NCBI GenBank assembly: GCA_041493205.1
Contig: JBGPYM010000003.1
Location: 1-38,969 of the forward strand
Direction of reading: 5' to 3'
Length of the DNA stretch: 38,969 nucleotides
Origin: Bacteroidota bacterium
GTDB lineage: Bacteria > Bacteroidota > Ignavibacteria > UBA10030 > UBA6906
Of this stretch, positions 1 through 9,905 are shown piece by piece; within the stretch, counting starts at the first letter, position 1, and each line of letters begins with the position of its first letter. The notes under the pieces were generated by a model. The model ran no database searches. It was not told where the DNA came from and saw only the letters and a program-made list of their open reading frames with translations. The translations under genes and the position numbers were made by a program.

Positions 1-753
1 ATCGACGGCGGCCCGGAACGACGGGAGGTAGACTTCACGGAGCGTGCGCTCGGAGATATCCACCGTATTGTAATCCCTCCCCCCTTCCGCCCCCCCGTAG
101 GCAACGAAATGCTTGGCACAGGCAGCGAGGGAGGAAGCGTCGCGGAGGCGATCGCCCTGAAAGCCCCGGACTGCGGCGGCGGACATGGCGGAACAGAGAA
201 ACGGATCCTCGCCAAACCCTTCCGCGATTCTCCCCCAGCGGGGATCCCGTGCTATATCCACCATCGGGGCGAATGTCCAGTGTATACCGGCAGCGGTTGC
301 TTCGACGGCGGCGACCCGTGATGCGTGGCGGACCGCATTGGTGTCCCATGACGCGGCCATTGCGAGCGGGATAGGGAAGATCGTCCGGAATCCATGAATC
401 ACATCGAGGCCGAACAGGAGCGGGATGCCAAGCCGCGATTCTTCCACCGCGACGCGCTGCACTTCACGCGACTCGCGGGCTCCGACGCAGTTCAGGAGGG
501 ACCCCACGAGGCCTTTTCGCAGCTCTTCACGCCGTTCCGGGGGGATAACGTACTGCTTCGCCTTTTCGTCCCAGTCGACATGCGTCTGGTTTAACTGCCC
601 GATTTTCTCCTCGAGGGTCATGCGGGCAAGGAGCGAGTCAATTCTCCGTTCCGCGGCGGCATCCACCGTCCGCACTCCCTGGGAGAGTGCCGCCGGTTGC
701 GCGGGGAGAATCAGGATCAGTGCTGCAACGAGGGGACGTGTTCTGGCATTCAT
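1..753 (-). CDS. bglX: GH3 beta-glucosidase (BglX-like), N-terminal part; runs off the window edge
   Basis: Not in the ORF track; translated by hand from ATG 753 (ATGA overlap with the GH2 stop): MNARTRPLVAALILILPAQPAALSQ...MTLEEKIGQLNQ...SRLGIPLLFGLDVIHG...WTFAPMVDIARDPRWGRIAEGFGEDP...ACAKHFVAYGGAEGGRDYN. Classic GH3 motifs with a signal peptide. Confidence 0.93.
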   Translation of the reverse strand, partial: MNARTRPLVAALILILPAQPAALSQGVRTVDAAAERRIDSLLARMTLEEKIGQLNQTHVDWDEKAKQYVIPPERREELRKGLVGSLLNCVGARESREVQRVAVEESRLGIPLLFGLDVIHGFRTIFPIPLAMAASWDTNAVRHASRVAAVEATAAGIHWTFAPMVDIARDPRWGRIAEGFGEDPFLCSAMSAAAVRGFQGDRLRDASSLAACAKHFVAYGGAEGGRDYNTVDISERTLREVYLPSFRAAVD

Positions 754-3425
754 TTCGGTTGTTCCTGGGAGCCTGACGCGTATGCGAGGAGATTCAGCAT
801 ATACTGCCGGAGGACGGGGTCCACGCGGCGCGCAAAGAGTTCATCGGGCCCGGTTCCCGGCATCAACCGCCCCCGGACCTGCAGACGAGAAATGATCACC
901 TTCCCCGGCCCGACGGGCAATTCCGCAACGGCCACGACCGCGAGTTGAAGTCCGCAACGTGCGAGGACATGCTGGGCAACATTCGGCGTCACGGTATGCT
1001 GCGACACGACCTCACCGCCGTATCCGCCGTTGAACATCTTCAGGTGCTCCGGCAACAGTCCGTTCCAGAGCGGATGTGAGAGATCCTCGGCGAATATGTA
1101 TGAATCATATCCGCCCCTGTCGGCATCTTCACGGCGAACGACGGAGAGCTCGACACCCAGCGCCACATTGAGCGTTTCCGGTTCGGTGACATCGAACTCA
1201 GGCTCAATCAGGATGACGGAGTTCCCCTGCTGGAGAAATTTTGTGATGGCGCCGATGCGCGCCTGGTACCTGCCGCCGGCAATCATCCCTTCGCCGACAA
1301 CAAGCGTCGTGCACCGCCCAAGATCCACGTCGCGCACCGGGACAGCATCCACCCCCGCTGACAAAAGAAACTCGTGAATCCCGGGCTGATCTGCAAGGAT
1401 GGCACACGGCCGGTTCCGGAGGTGCGGAGCGACGTGCGGCTCCTCGAGGACGAACACCCTCTTTTCCGAATATGCAACACACGGACCGTTCCCGCGGCGG
1501 ATCTCCGCCCGAATCGTGAACGCACCGCTTCGATCCGGCAACATCACCGGAACGGGAAGGATGACCGTGTCGCACGGATTGATTTCCACCGCCTCTTCCC
1601 GCGCGGAAAGCCATACCCCATCCGGGTCCACGACCCCCCACCGGATCGTTCCGCTCTGAGGCTCCTGTGTGTCATTGAACAGGAACATTCTTACTGTGCG
1701 CTGCTCCTGTGCGGTACAATGGCGGTCCCAGAGTTCGCAACTGATGCCGAACGGGGCGAGCGCATTTTTGAGCGCCTGCAGGACCGGTTTGGGGCGAAGT
1801 TCCCTTATATCCCCGAGAAACCAATCGCCCGTGGGACCGTCATTGTTGCTCAGGTAGACAAACGGCTGGATTGCGTCCACGCGCATGCGCCTGAAAAGCT
1901 CCACGAGCTCCGAGGCAAGGAATGACTGGTGGGCGATGATATCGGACGGAGGGGGGTCATTCCCCAGCCAGCGCGTCATGACCTCCCGCGTCAGGGCCGT
2001 GGGATTCCCCTTCCTGTCCAGCCACCACCAGAGGAATTCGTTGATCATGGAGGGGGTGGCACAGCGTTCGATCCGTTCCAGCGCCTCCGTAAACCCGAAC
2101 CGGCGGTCGATCAGGACCGGTCCGAGAGAATAGATGTAGGGATGCTGCTCGACGAAGTCCACAGATTCCCACGGTCTTGTGGGATCGATGGTTTTCATGC
2201 GCGGAACAATCTGATGCTGCACCACCTCGTCCGTCGATTCGTTCAACGGATCCCAGATGATGATGCTCGGGTGATTCCAGTTGTCCTCGAGCCACCGGGT
2301 GAATTCCTTCTCAATTTGTTCGCGCGTTCCCGACGTCGTCCAGAACTGCCACTCGTTCTGGAGCAGCATGCCGTGTTCGTCCGCGACGTCATACCAGCGG
2401 TTGTACAACTGGCCAAGGTGATTCCGGAAGAAATTGAAATTATGCTCCCGGGGAATGTCGATCAGGAGTTTTTTCACCCACGCCATATCCCACGGGAGGG
2501 AGCCTCTGTCTGGGTCGGAGAAGAAGCGATGGAGGGCGATATTGCCGCCGCGAAGAACGATTTTTTTGCCATTGAGAAGAAAATCCCCGTCCCTGATCGC
2601 AAATTCTCGCAGCCCGAACGATGTACTCACCGCGTCGGTTGCTTTGCCGTCCAGCAGGCATTCCGCATCCACCGTATAGAGGAACGGATTTTCCGGCGAC
2701 CAGAGCGAAGGAGCGTGGATCGGAAGGTCCAGCGTGACTGTGCATTCGCCGGCTGCGGGAACGCTCACCCGGGTGGTTGCAGGATCTGATGCCTTTGTGC
2801 GCGAGACCTTTTCGGAGACCAGGGCCCTCAGTTCCGCCGTCAGATCCCGGGGACCGCTGTTTGTGATCCAGAACCTCGCCTCGACGAGGGCTTTGCGGAC
2901 GTTCGGGATCGTCTGCACCAACCGTATCCGCGGGTTGCCGCTCATCACGAGCACGACGTCCCCCCAGATGCCGGGGACAAACTCATTTCGTTCCTGGTCC
3001 TTCCCCACCGCACTCTCGGGAGGGAGAGTTTCCTTCAGGCCGACGCGGACGAGGAGCTCATTCTCCTTTCCGAAGATCACATGGCTGCTGACATCGTATT
3101 CCTGGGAGGTGTAGCAGGCACAATCGCCTCCGATGCGTGTCCCGTTGACGTACACCGAGGTGCCGTACATTGCCTGTTCGATGCGCAGGAACGCCAGTTC
3201 AGATGCGAAAGGCGACGAGGGAATGAATGTCCGGCGGTACCAGTGATACAGGTGGTCCTGCCACCGGTACGGAGGAGAAGCAGCGTCAACCAGCGCGGGG
3301 ACGGGGACCCGTTGTTCCCAGCCGGCTGCAGGCGGATGCGCCTCTCCCGGCGCGATCTCCCAGGTTCCGTTCAACGACTGTGAGAGCCTGGCGGAGGGGG
3401 AAGAGGGATGAGGGGGTGGTTTCAT
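750..3425 (-). CDS. GH2 family glycoside hydrolase, 891 aa, no evident signal peptide
   Basis: SLNGTW start, WYRRTF, VYVNG, GIWGDV, LWSPENPFLY, FGLREF..DFLLNGKKIVLRG, ADEHGML, NHPSIIIW..LNE acid/base motif. Confidence 0.88.
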   Translation of the reverse strand: MKPPPHPSSPSARLSQSLNGTWEIAPGEAHPPAAGWEQRVPVPALVDAASPPYRWQDHLYHWYRRTFIPSSPFASELAFLRIEQAMYGTSVYVNGTRIGGDCACYTSQEYDVSSHVIFGKENELLVRVGLKETLPPESAVGKDQERNEFVPGIWGDVVLVMSGNPRIRLVQTIPNVRKALVEARFWITNSGPRDLTAELRALVSEKVSRTKASDPATTRVSVPAAGECTVTLDLPIHAPSLWSPENPFLYTVDAECLLDGKATDAVSTSFGLREFAIRDGDFLLNGKKIVLRGGNIALHRFFSDPDRGSLPWDMAWVKKLLIDIPREHNFNFFRNHLGQLYNRWYDVADEHGMLLQNEWQFWTTSGTREQIEKEFTRWLEDNWNHPSIIIWDPLNESTDEVVQHQIVPRMKTIDPTRPWESVDFVEQHPYIYSLGPVLIDRRFGFTEALERIERCATPSMINEFLWWWLDRKGNPTALTREVMTRWLGNDPPPSDIIAHQSFLASELVELFRRMRVDAIQPFVYLSNNDGPTGDWFLGDIRELRPKPVLQALKNALAPFGISCELWDRHCTAQEQRTVRMFLFNDTQEPQSGTIRWGVVDPDGVWLSAREEAVEINPCDTVILPVPVMLPDRSGAFTIRAEIRRGNGPCVAYSEKRVFVLEEPHVAPHLRNRPCAILADQPGIHEFLLSAGVDAVPVRDVDLGRCTTLVVGEGMIAGGRYQARIGAITKFLQQGNSVILIEPEFDVTEPETLNVALGVELSVVRREDADRGGYDSYIFAEDLSHPLWNGLLPEHLKMFNGGYGGEVVSQHTVTPNVAQHVLARCGLQLAVVAVAELPVGPGKVIISRLQVRGRLMPGTGPDELFARRVDPVLRQYMLNLLAYASGSQEQPK

Positions 3426-3440
3426 GGCGCGCGGGAAATT

Positions 3441-4814
3441 TTACGGAGGCGTGTGTTCCAGCCAGCCCCCCGCGAATCCCGCCTTCTTCAGTCCCGTGAT
3501 CACATACGGATTCTTCTTCAACACTTCCCAGACCCGCCCGTTACGGTAATTTTCGATCATCAGGACGATCGGTCCCTGGTCAATCCCGACATAGTCCGGA
3601 TCGAACCAGCCTGACGGTGTCGCGCTTGTCCTGTACGTGGGATTGAATGCATCGACAAACCCGTATTGGCGCCAGACAGCGGAGCCGTATTTTGTACGCA
3701 GGGCGCGGACTGCCTGCAGACATATCCCGGGCGCAAAAGGGAGAGACGAGACGGCTGCAGTCGGCGCGATCGTCCCGTCGTCGAACGACCAGTCGACCGA
3801 CACCCCGCGGGCGGCATAGGTTTGGAACGTTCGTTCCCGGCCCATGACGGTGAAAGTCGTGTCACGCGGCCCATCGCATGCGGTCAAGCCCCAGACGGTG
3901 TCTGCATAATCGGCGAATGAGCGCGGGTTGTGTGCAGCATAGAGCCGGTGGGAGACAGTCGCGCGCCGGGAATTTTCAAAGTAGTCAATCCCTTTTTCAC
4001 GCATGTACGCGTCCGCGATGCCGCGGAAGTCGATCCAGCAATGCGAGTACTGGTGTCCGAACAGGGGACCGAAATTCACAAAATCGAGCCCGTAGAAATT
4101 TCCCCACACATACCGGGATATCCAGTGGCGCCATCCTTCGGGAGGGGCCGGATGGGTCGGAGAGCCAAATGCGAGGATATACATGACCATGGCTTCATTA
4201 TACCCGAACCATGAATCTTTCGACATTCCTCGTTCCGGGTACCACGCGTACGCAAGACCCGCCCTTCCCTCACTCAACCAGATCCAGTCAACACGGCGGT
4301 ACAGCGAGTCCGCCATTTCTCGAATTTCCCGCTCGGCCGCTGCGGGGCCGTTGTAATATGACTGTGCGAAGAGCACTCCCGCCATCAGGAGCCCCGTGTC
4401 GATCGTCGACAATTCGCAATTCCATTCGCGCGTGTTATCGGAGAGGCGCAGCCAGTGATAGAAGAAGCCCCTGTAGCCGGCGACACCCTGCGATTGAGCG
4501 CCCTGCGGCAATGAGAGGAGGTGCCGGAGAGTGTTCCGGACCCTCAGGAGTGCCTCTGCCCGTGTGATGATGCCGCGTTCAGCCGCGATGGGGTAGGACG
4601 TCAGGGCAAATCCGATGGCAGCAATACTTGCGGGAGAGGGCGTTGGTGAGCGGTCGGGGGTCATCCCGGTCGCCGGGTCACTTGTCTCGAGAAACCAGCG
4701 GATGGTCCGGGTCTGGAGAGTGTCCAGCAGTGGGTCCCACGACCGCGTGACCGGCTGTGCACACGATGACGCCGCCATCCCGGCCAGCACGAGGAGAGAG
4801 AGGCAGGTCTTCAC
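3441..4814 (-). CDS. GH144 (putative glucoamylase / endo-beta-1,2-glucanase family) enzyme, exported, possibly a lipoprotein
   Basis: ELSTIDTGLL, GYNEAM, GPLFGHQYSH, WGLTACDGP, DDGTIAPTA, YGFVDAFN, GIDQGP motifs. Probable GTG start at 4814 (VKTCLSLLVLAGMAASSC); the ORF-track extension to 5156 overlaps the upstream gene. Confidence 0.88.
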   Translation of the reverse strand: MKTCLSLLVLAGMAASSCAQPVTRSWDPLLDTLQTRTIRWFLETSDPATGMTPDRSPTPSPASIAAIGFALTSYPIAAERGIITRAEALLRVRNTLRHLLSLPQGAQSQGVAGYRGFFYHWLRLSDNTREWNCELSTIDTGLLMAGVLFAQSYYNGPAAAEREIREMADSLYRRVDWIWLSEGRAGLAYAWYPERGMSKDSWFGYNEAMVMYILAFGSPTHPAPPEGWRHWISRYVWGNFYGLDFVNFGPLFGHQYSHCWIDFRGIADAYMREKGIDYFENSRRATVSHRLYAAHNPRSFADYADTVWGLTACDGPRDTTFTVMGRERTFQTYAARGVSVDWSFDDGTIAPTAAVSSLPFAPGICLQAVRALRTKYGSAVWRQYGFVDAFNPTYRTSATPSGWFDPDYVGIDQGPIVLMIENYRNGRVWEVLKKNPYVITGLKKAGFAGGWLEHTPP

Positions 4815-4818
4815 GGGG

Positions 4819-6387
4819 TCACCGGAGAAGCACCATGATGCGGGCGGCGGAGAAGCGCCCCGCAACCACGCGGCAGATATAGACACCGGCTGCCGCTCCC
4901 CGCGCATCGAATTGGATTGCATGCGTCCCCGCATCCTGGAAGCCGTCCACGAGGGAGACAACCTCCCTCCCGAGGAGGTCATAGACGGCAAGGTGAACGT
5001 GCGCCGCAGCCGGGAGATGGTACGTGATGACGGTTGACGGGTTAAAGGGGTTCGGGTAATTCTGGGCGAGGGAATACCCTCCCGGGGACACCGGTTCCTG
5101 CACGCCTGTGACGGAAACAAATCCCGCCGCCTGCAGGCCTCGCTGGACGTCGGCATTCTTCATGAAACGCTCCCACACCTTCCCTGTCCGGTAATTTTCG
5201 ATCATGATGATCATCGGACCCTGATCGATTCCGATCACATCGGTATCCCACCAGCCGGCGCCAGGATTGAATGCATCCCGGAAGCCGTAGGTCGTCCAGA
5301 GCTGACCCCGGTAATTATTCCACATGTTGCGGATGACAGGAAGGGCGGCCTCGGGTGCAAACGCAATGGAGCTTATGGGCGCGGTCGGCGTAATGGTCCC
5401 ATCATCATCCTGCGCCGGTGGCGCTCCGCGCGCGCGGTAACCGGTCGGGGTGTCGCTTGCAGTGAGTCCCCAAAGGGAATCGCTGTATCCCATAAAGGCA
5501 CCGGGGTTGGCTACCGCATAGGCCCGCTGTGCAAGTGTCGCCCTTCGTGAATTCTCAAAATACGTTATTCCCTTCGACTGCATGTATTGGTCCGTGACCG
5601 ACCGGAAATCAAGCCAGCAGTGCGCATACTGGTGGCCGAAGAGGGGTGGAAACACCACGTAGGAATAGCCGTACAGGGTCTGCCACTGATATCCGGAAGT
5701 CCAGCGCTGCCATGCGGAGGAGGGAACGGGATAGGTGGGCGAGCCGAGGGCGAGCAGGTACATGATGGACGCTTCATTATAACCGATCCACTCTCCGTAG
5801 CCGGTGAATCCCGTTCCCGGTTGGTACCCCATCAGAACGCCAAGATGAAAATTCCGCATGAAATCCCAGTTCATCCTGCGGTAGAGTGAATCTGCAAGAC
5901 CGCGGATGGATTGTTCCAGCGAGTCGTTTCCAGAAAAGTATTCCCTCGCGTCGATGATGCCCGCCAGCAGGAGTCCGGTATCAATCGTTGAGAGCTCGGA
6001 ATCCCACGTTCTCGTTGCCGACGACATATCGAGAAAGTGATAGAAGAGCCCGTACTTGCCGCAATAGGCATTTCCATCTCCCTGCGGACCATACCAGAAG
6101 GTCCGGAGAGTCTGCAGCACCCGTGATGCCGCAGACGCGCGGGGCACCCATCCGTGGTCGGTTCCGATACAGATGCTGGTGAGGCCGAACCCGACGGAGG
6201 CGATGCTTGCAGGCGATCCGGACGTGTTCCGGTCGCGGATGAGCCCGTTGGCGGGATTGGCTTCCAGCCAGAAGAAGTTGAACGCCGCGTGCTGAATCGA
6301 ATCCAGAATCGCGGTGTCCGACAACTGCGCTTCGGCAGGTTCAGCGAGGAGCGTCAGCGCGCAGAGTGCACCGATCAGAAATCGCAT
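4819..6387 (-). CDS. GH144 family enzyme with C-terminal T9SS type A sorting domain
   Basis: Signal peptide ending AEA-Q; ELSTIDTGLL, GYNEA, PLFGHQY, WGLTASD, DDGTITPTA, GIDQGP; CTD LAQNYPNPFNPSTVITY...VYDLLGREV...GVYICRV. Confidence 0.9.
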   Translation of the reverse strand: MRFLIGALCALTLLAEPAEAQLSDTAILDSIQHAAFNFFWLEANPANGLIRDRNTSGSPASIASVGFGLTSICIGTDHGWVPRASAASRVLQTLRTFWYGPQGDGNAYCGKYGLFYHFLDMSSATRTWDSELSTIDTGLLLAGIIDAREYFSGNDSLEQSIRGLADSLYRRMNWDFMRNFHLGVLMGYQPGTGFTGYGEWIGYNEASIMYLLALGSPTYPVPSSAWQRWTSGYQWQTLYGYSYVVFPPLFGHQYAHCWLDFRSVTDQYMQSKGITYFENSRRATLAQRAYAVANPGAFMGYSDSLWGLTASDTPTGYRARGAPPAQDDDGTITPTAPISSIAFAPEAALPVIRNMWNNYRGQLWTTYGFRDAFNPGAGWWDTDVIGIDQGPMIIMIENYRTGKVWERFMKNADVQRGLQAAGFVSVTGVQEPVSPGGYSLAQNYPNPFNPSTVITYHLPAAAHVHLAVYDLLGREVVSLVDGFQDAGTHAIQFDARGAAAGVYICRVVAGRFSAARIMVLLR

Positions 6388-6420
6388 GAAAGACCCTTGT
6401 GTCTGCTCAGGACTGATGGA

Positions 6421-8823
6421 TCACTTTCCCAGGACCACTATGATGTGATGTTCCGAACCCGGGGGAAACACCGGAAGTGTTTTGCAGCGCGGCGGGTGTC
6501 CTTCGCACGCAGGAACCCCATCCACAACGACGCGGGCAACCCCCCATTCGACGCGTGCCGGATTCTTCACCTCGATGTTGTATGTTGCGCCCCGGAACAG
6601 CCGGCGGACGCGGTAGCCTTCCCATTCCCGGGGAATGCACGGGTCGATGACAAGCCCATCCTCTGCGGGGCGTACGCCAAGGATCCATTCAAGTCCCACT
6701 TTGAACAACCAGGTTGCCGACCCTGTATACCAGGTCCATCCTCCCCGTCCGAAGTGACGCGAATCGGGCCCTTCGATATTCCCCGCGGTGACATACGGTT
6801 CCGCCTGGTATCGTGCCGGGTTTTTCCCTCTCTTCACCGGATTCAGAGCCGAATAGATGCGATAGGCGGACTCACCGCGACCGATGCGGGCGGCGGCGAT
6901 GACCGCCCAGGTTGCGGCATGCGTATAGACTCCGCCGTTCTCACGTACGCCAGGGGCGTAGCGCGTCAGGTAGCCGACTTCCCGGTCGGGCATTGTATAG
7001 GCCGGACGCAGGAGGAGCGTCCCGATGTCAGACTCGAGCTGCTGCTCCACGATGTCGAACACCCTGCAGGCGCGTTCCGCATCTGCAACCTCGCCGATGA
7101 TGGCCCATGTCTGCGGATTGAGCCACACACTCCCCTCGGTATTTTCCCTGCTCCCCAGTTTTCCGCCCGAGTCCTTTGTCGCTCCGAAATAATATTCACC
7201 ATCCCACGCAATCGTATTAAGGGCCTCGCGGAGCCGGGACGCCCGCTCCCGGTACTGCGCCTCCCGCGGGAGATCTCCCCGACGGCGGGTGAGGGGCGTC
7301 CAGTCCAACAATATACGATGGAGGAAATGTCCGAGCCAAACCGACTCGCCTTTCATATCCAGTCCGACTGCGCTCAGGCCGTCATTCCAGTCACCCGCAC
7401 CAATCAGCGGCAGGCCCCGATCGCTGAACCGTTCCAGGGCTTTGTCGATCGCCCGTGTGCAGTGATTGAACATCGTTTGGGGTGCGGGATCGTCCACGAA
7501 CGGCTCGCGACATTCCAGAATAGATTCGTCGCCCGTTTCCTGAAGATACGCCGTCATGACAAAAGGCATCCAGAGGAGATTATCGGAAATCGTGTTGTGG
7601 AGACCCAGTTCGGAGATCGGATGCCACCAGTGGTAGACGGTCCCGTCGCTGAACTGGTGGCGCGCGTGCAGGAGGAGCTGACGCTTTGTCCCTTCGGGGT
7701 CAATCGGGAGCCAGATCTGGCTGTCCTGAAGCTGATCGCGGAATCCGTATGCTCCTCCCGTCTGGTAATATGCCGTGCGCCCCCAGATGCGCCCGGCAAT
7801 GGCCTGATATTTCAACCATATATTTTCCATCAGGTCCATCGACGGATCGGGGGTCGAGACCCTGGTCGTGCCGAGCAAGGCGTGCCACCGTCCGGTGACA
7901 CTGGCGAGTGCGTCCGCGGCCTGTTCCGGCGTGCGATAACGCACGATCAGCGTCCGTGCATGTTCCGCCGAGTCGGCACAGCCGAGCGTATACACGAGCG
8001 TCGCGTCTTCACCGGGCGCAAGGGTGAGGCGATTCTGCAGGCTGCCGCACGGGTCGAGTCCGTTTCCGACGCGGCGCACGAGCTTCCCGCTCAGCACAGC
8101 AGCCGGCATTGCAGGATTTCCGTACATCCCGAGAAAGGATTCTTTGTCGGTATCAAACGACACCGGGTCGGGACTGACGGAGTGGAATCCGACAAACGGC
8201 CAATCGGTATTCCAGTGGCCCCGGTCGGTTGGCACCTCCCAGAGGCGTTTGACGGCGAAGAGAGCGCCCGTGGTCGTGTCAAGGGACGTCTCGATGAAGT
8301 TCCTGTGAAACTCCCGGTGCCAGTCGGGCGCCTGACCGAGGCCCCATTCGAAGTAACTAAATGTGTCGATACGACGTTTCCTGCGCGAGCCGTTCCGGAT
8401 CCGCAGGACCCACACTTCCACCGGATCCTCCGGAGTCACGAACACGGTCAGGGCAGTGTCGACGCCGAAGTTCTTCGATTCAATTGTCGTATATCCGAGG
8501 CCATGCCGGCACCGGTAGTGATCGGGCCGGGCACCGACGGGTTTCCAACCGGCGGACCAGACGCTTCCGCGATCGTCTCTCAGGTAGATGTATTTCCCCC
8601 AATCATCCCTGATCAGATCCTGTTCCCAGCGCGTCAGCCGGTTGAGCTGAGCGTGCGTGCGCCAGCTGTATCCGCTTCCGGTCTGGGAAATTGTCAGGCC
8701 GTAGTCGCCGTTGCTGATGACGTTAATCCAGGGGCGGGGGGTTTGCGGAGTGGTGATGACGTATTCCGTGCCGTCAGGAGAGAAGAATCCGAAGGGAGTT
8801 TTTGCGAGCGTTGGAGATTTCAT
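6421..8823 (-). CDS. GH94 glycoside phosphorylase (~800 aa), Cgs/NdvB C-terminal type
   Basis: TPRPWINVISN, YQTGGAYGFRDQLQD, catalytic GDWNDGL, RENGGVYTHAATW, GRGGWTWYTGSA. Likely start ATG 8823 (MKSPTL); no signal peptide. Confidence 0.9.
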   Translation of the reverse strand: MKSPTLAKTPFGFFSPDGTEYVITTPQTPRPWINVISNGDYGLTISQTGSGYSWRTHAQLNRLTRWEQDLIRDDWGKYIYLRDDRGSVWSAGWKPVGARPDHYRCRHGLGYTTIESKNFGVDTALTVFVTPEDPVEVWVLRIRNGSRRKRRIDTFSYFEWGLGQAPDWHREFHRNFIETSLDTTTGALFAVKRLWEVPTDRGHWNTDWPFVGFHSVSPDPVSFDTDKESFLGMYGNPAMPAAVLSGKLVRRVGNGLDPCGSLQNRLTLAPGEDATLVYTLGCADSAEHARTLIVRYRTPEQAADALASVTGRWHALLGTTRVSTPDPSMDLMENIWLKYQAIAGRIWGRTAYYQTGGAYGFRDQLQDSQIWLPIDPEGTKRQLLLHARHQFSDGTVYHWWHPISELGLHNTISDNLLWMPFVMTAYLQETGDESILECREPFVDDPAPQTMFNHCTRAIDKALERFSDRGLPLIGAGDWNDGLSAVGLDMKGESVWLGHFLHRILLDWTPLTRRRGDLPREAQYRERASRLREALNTIAWDGEYYFGATKDSGGKLGSRENTEGSVWLNPQTWAIIGEVADAERACRVFDIVEQQLESDIGTLLLRPAYTMPDREVGYLTRYAPGVRENGGVYTHAATWAVIAAARIGRGESAYRIYSALNPVKRGKNPARYQAEPYVTAGNIEGPDSRHFGRGGWTWYTGSATWLFKVGLEWILGVRPAEDGLVIDPCIPREWEGYRVRRLFRGATYNIEVKNPARVEWGVARVVVDGVPACEGHPPRCKTLPVFPPGSEHHIIVVLGK

Positions 8824-8840
8824 GTGCTGTTGGTGAGCGC

Positions 8841-9893
8841 CTAGAACCCGAACGCCACAGTGATCCGGTGCACTGCTCCGAGGCGACCGTGAGACGCCCA
8901 TGCATAGTCAAACCGGAGTTCATTGCCGAGGCCATCCCATGCGACGCCACCTCCCGCTGTCAGCCCGAATTCGGAATCCGTCTGAAAGAGGTTTGCATAC
9001 CCCGCGCGGAGGAACAGGGTCTTCCTGAAGGCGTACTCCGCCCCGAAGCTCAGACATTCCGAATTGTCGCTCGAGTGCTGCGCATCTGCGGCGAGATTGA
9101 CAACGTTCCCCTCGTCAATGCGCAGTGGATACCCCAGACCGACGCGGAAGAGGATAGGCATCGAAAAGTCATCGGACACGAGCTCCGCAGGAATCGCGCT
9201 GTTGTCCCCGTACCGGGAAGGGTCGAGGTCGTACCGGATGCGCATGTCCGTTCCGGAGTAGTGATTTTTTGTCCCGAAATTCGTGAGGCTGGCACCGATC
9301 CGGAGGCCGTCCGCCGAAAGTTCGTACAGGGTACCGATATTGATCCCAAAGAGGTACGTGGAACTATGCCAGATCCTTTCAGTGACGTAATTCACCTGTA
9401 CGCCGCAGAAGAACCTGTCGGTGATGCGGACACCGTAGCCGACGCCGATCAGAAGGTCGTTTACGGAGTACCGCTCTCCGGTCCCGAGGGGCTGGTCCAC
9501 CGTACGAACGTCGATGTCCCCGGAACTCAGCGATGTGACCGCGACGGCGGCCGTGCCGATCTCGCCGAGCCGTACGGCCGCGATTGCGTGGCTGACCGTG
9601 ATGTCCGCGAACCAGAGGTTGTAGGTACACTGTACATCCGAATGTTCCAGAGCTCCGAGGGCGCCGGGATTGTAATAGCTGGAGAGCGCTTCTGTCGAGG
9701 AGGTGACACCGGCCCCGCCCATCGCCGCTGAACGCGCGCTCGGATCAATGAGCGTGAACTGAGCAACGGCAGTTCCGGTTTTGGACTGTGCGGCTCCCAG
9801 GGAGTGCACGGCGACGGTGACCGCAAGGACCCAGAACAGTCGCCGGCGTGCCGGGCATCCCCCGGGGGATGAATATCGTCTGCGCGTCTTCAT
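8841..9893 (-). CDS. PorV/PorQ-like (UPF0164-type) outer-membrane beta-barrel
   Basis: Signal peptide, then FTLIDPSARSAAMGGA and YYNPGALG (PorV/FadL-like N-terminus), alternating beta-strand pattern, FDYAW, terminal Phe (HRITVAFGF). Confidence 0.8.
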   Translation of the reverse strand: MKTRRRYSSPGGCPARRRLFWVLAVTVAVHSLGAAQSKTGTAVAQFTLIDPSARSAAMGGAGVTSSTEALSSYYNPGALGALEHSDVQCTYNLWFADITVSHAIAAVRLGEIGTAAVAVTSLSSGDIDVRTVDQPLGTGERYSVNDLLIGVGYGVRITDRFFCGVQVNYVTERIWHSSTYLFGINIGTLYELSADGLRIGASLTNFGTKNHYSGTDMRIRYDLDPSRYGDNSAIPAELVSDDFSMPILFRVGLGYPLRIDEGNVVNLAADAQHSSDNSECLSFGAEYAFRKTLFLRAGYANLFQTDSEFGLTAGGGVAWDGLGNELRFDYAWASHGRLGAVHRITVAFGF

Positions 9894-9905
9894 GGCCGGT
9901 TGATG

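Noticed and set aside
4815-5156. N-terminal extension of the GH144 ORF in the ORF track
   Set aside because: It overlaps the upstream gene's CTD; the GTG at 4814 gives a proper signal peptide.
6154-8844. 896-aa plus-strand ORF
   Set aside because: Antisense shadow of the GH94 gene; no recognisable motifs. Long antisense ORFs are expected in high-GC coding DNA.
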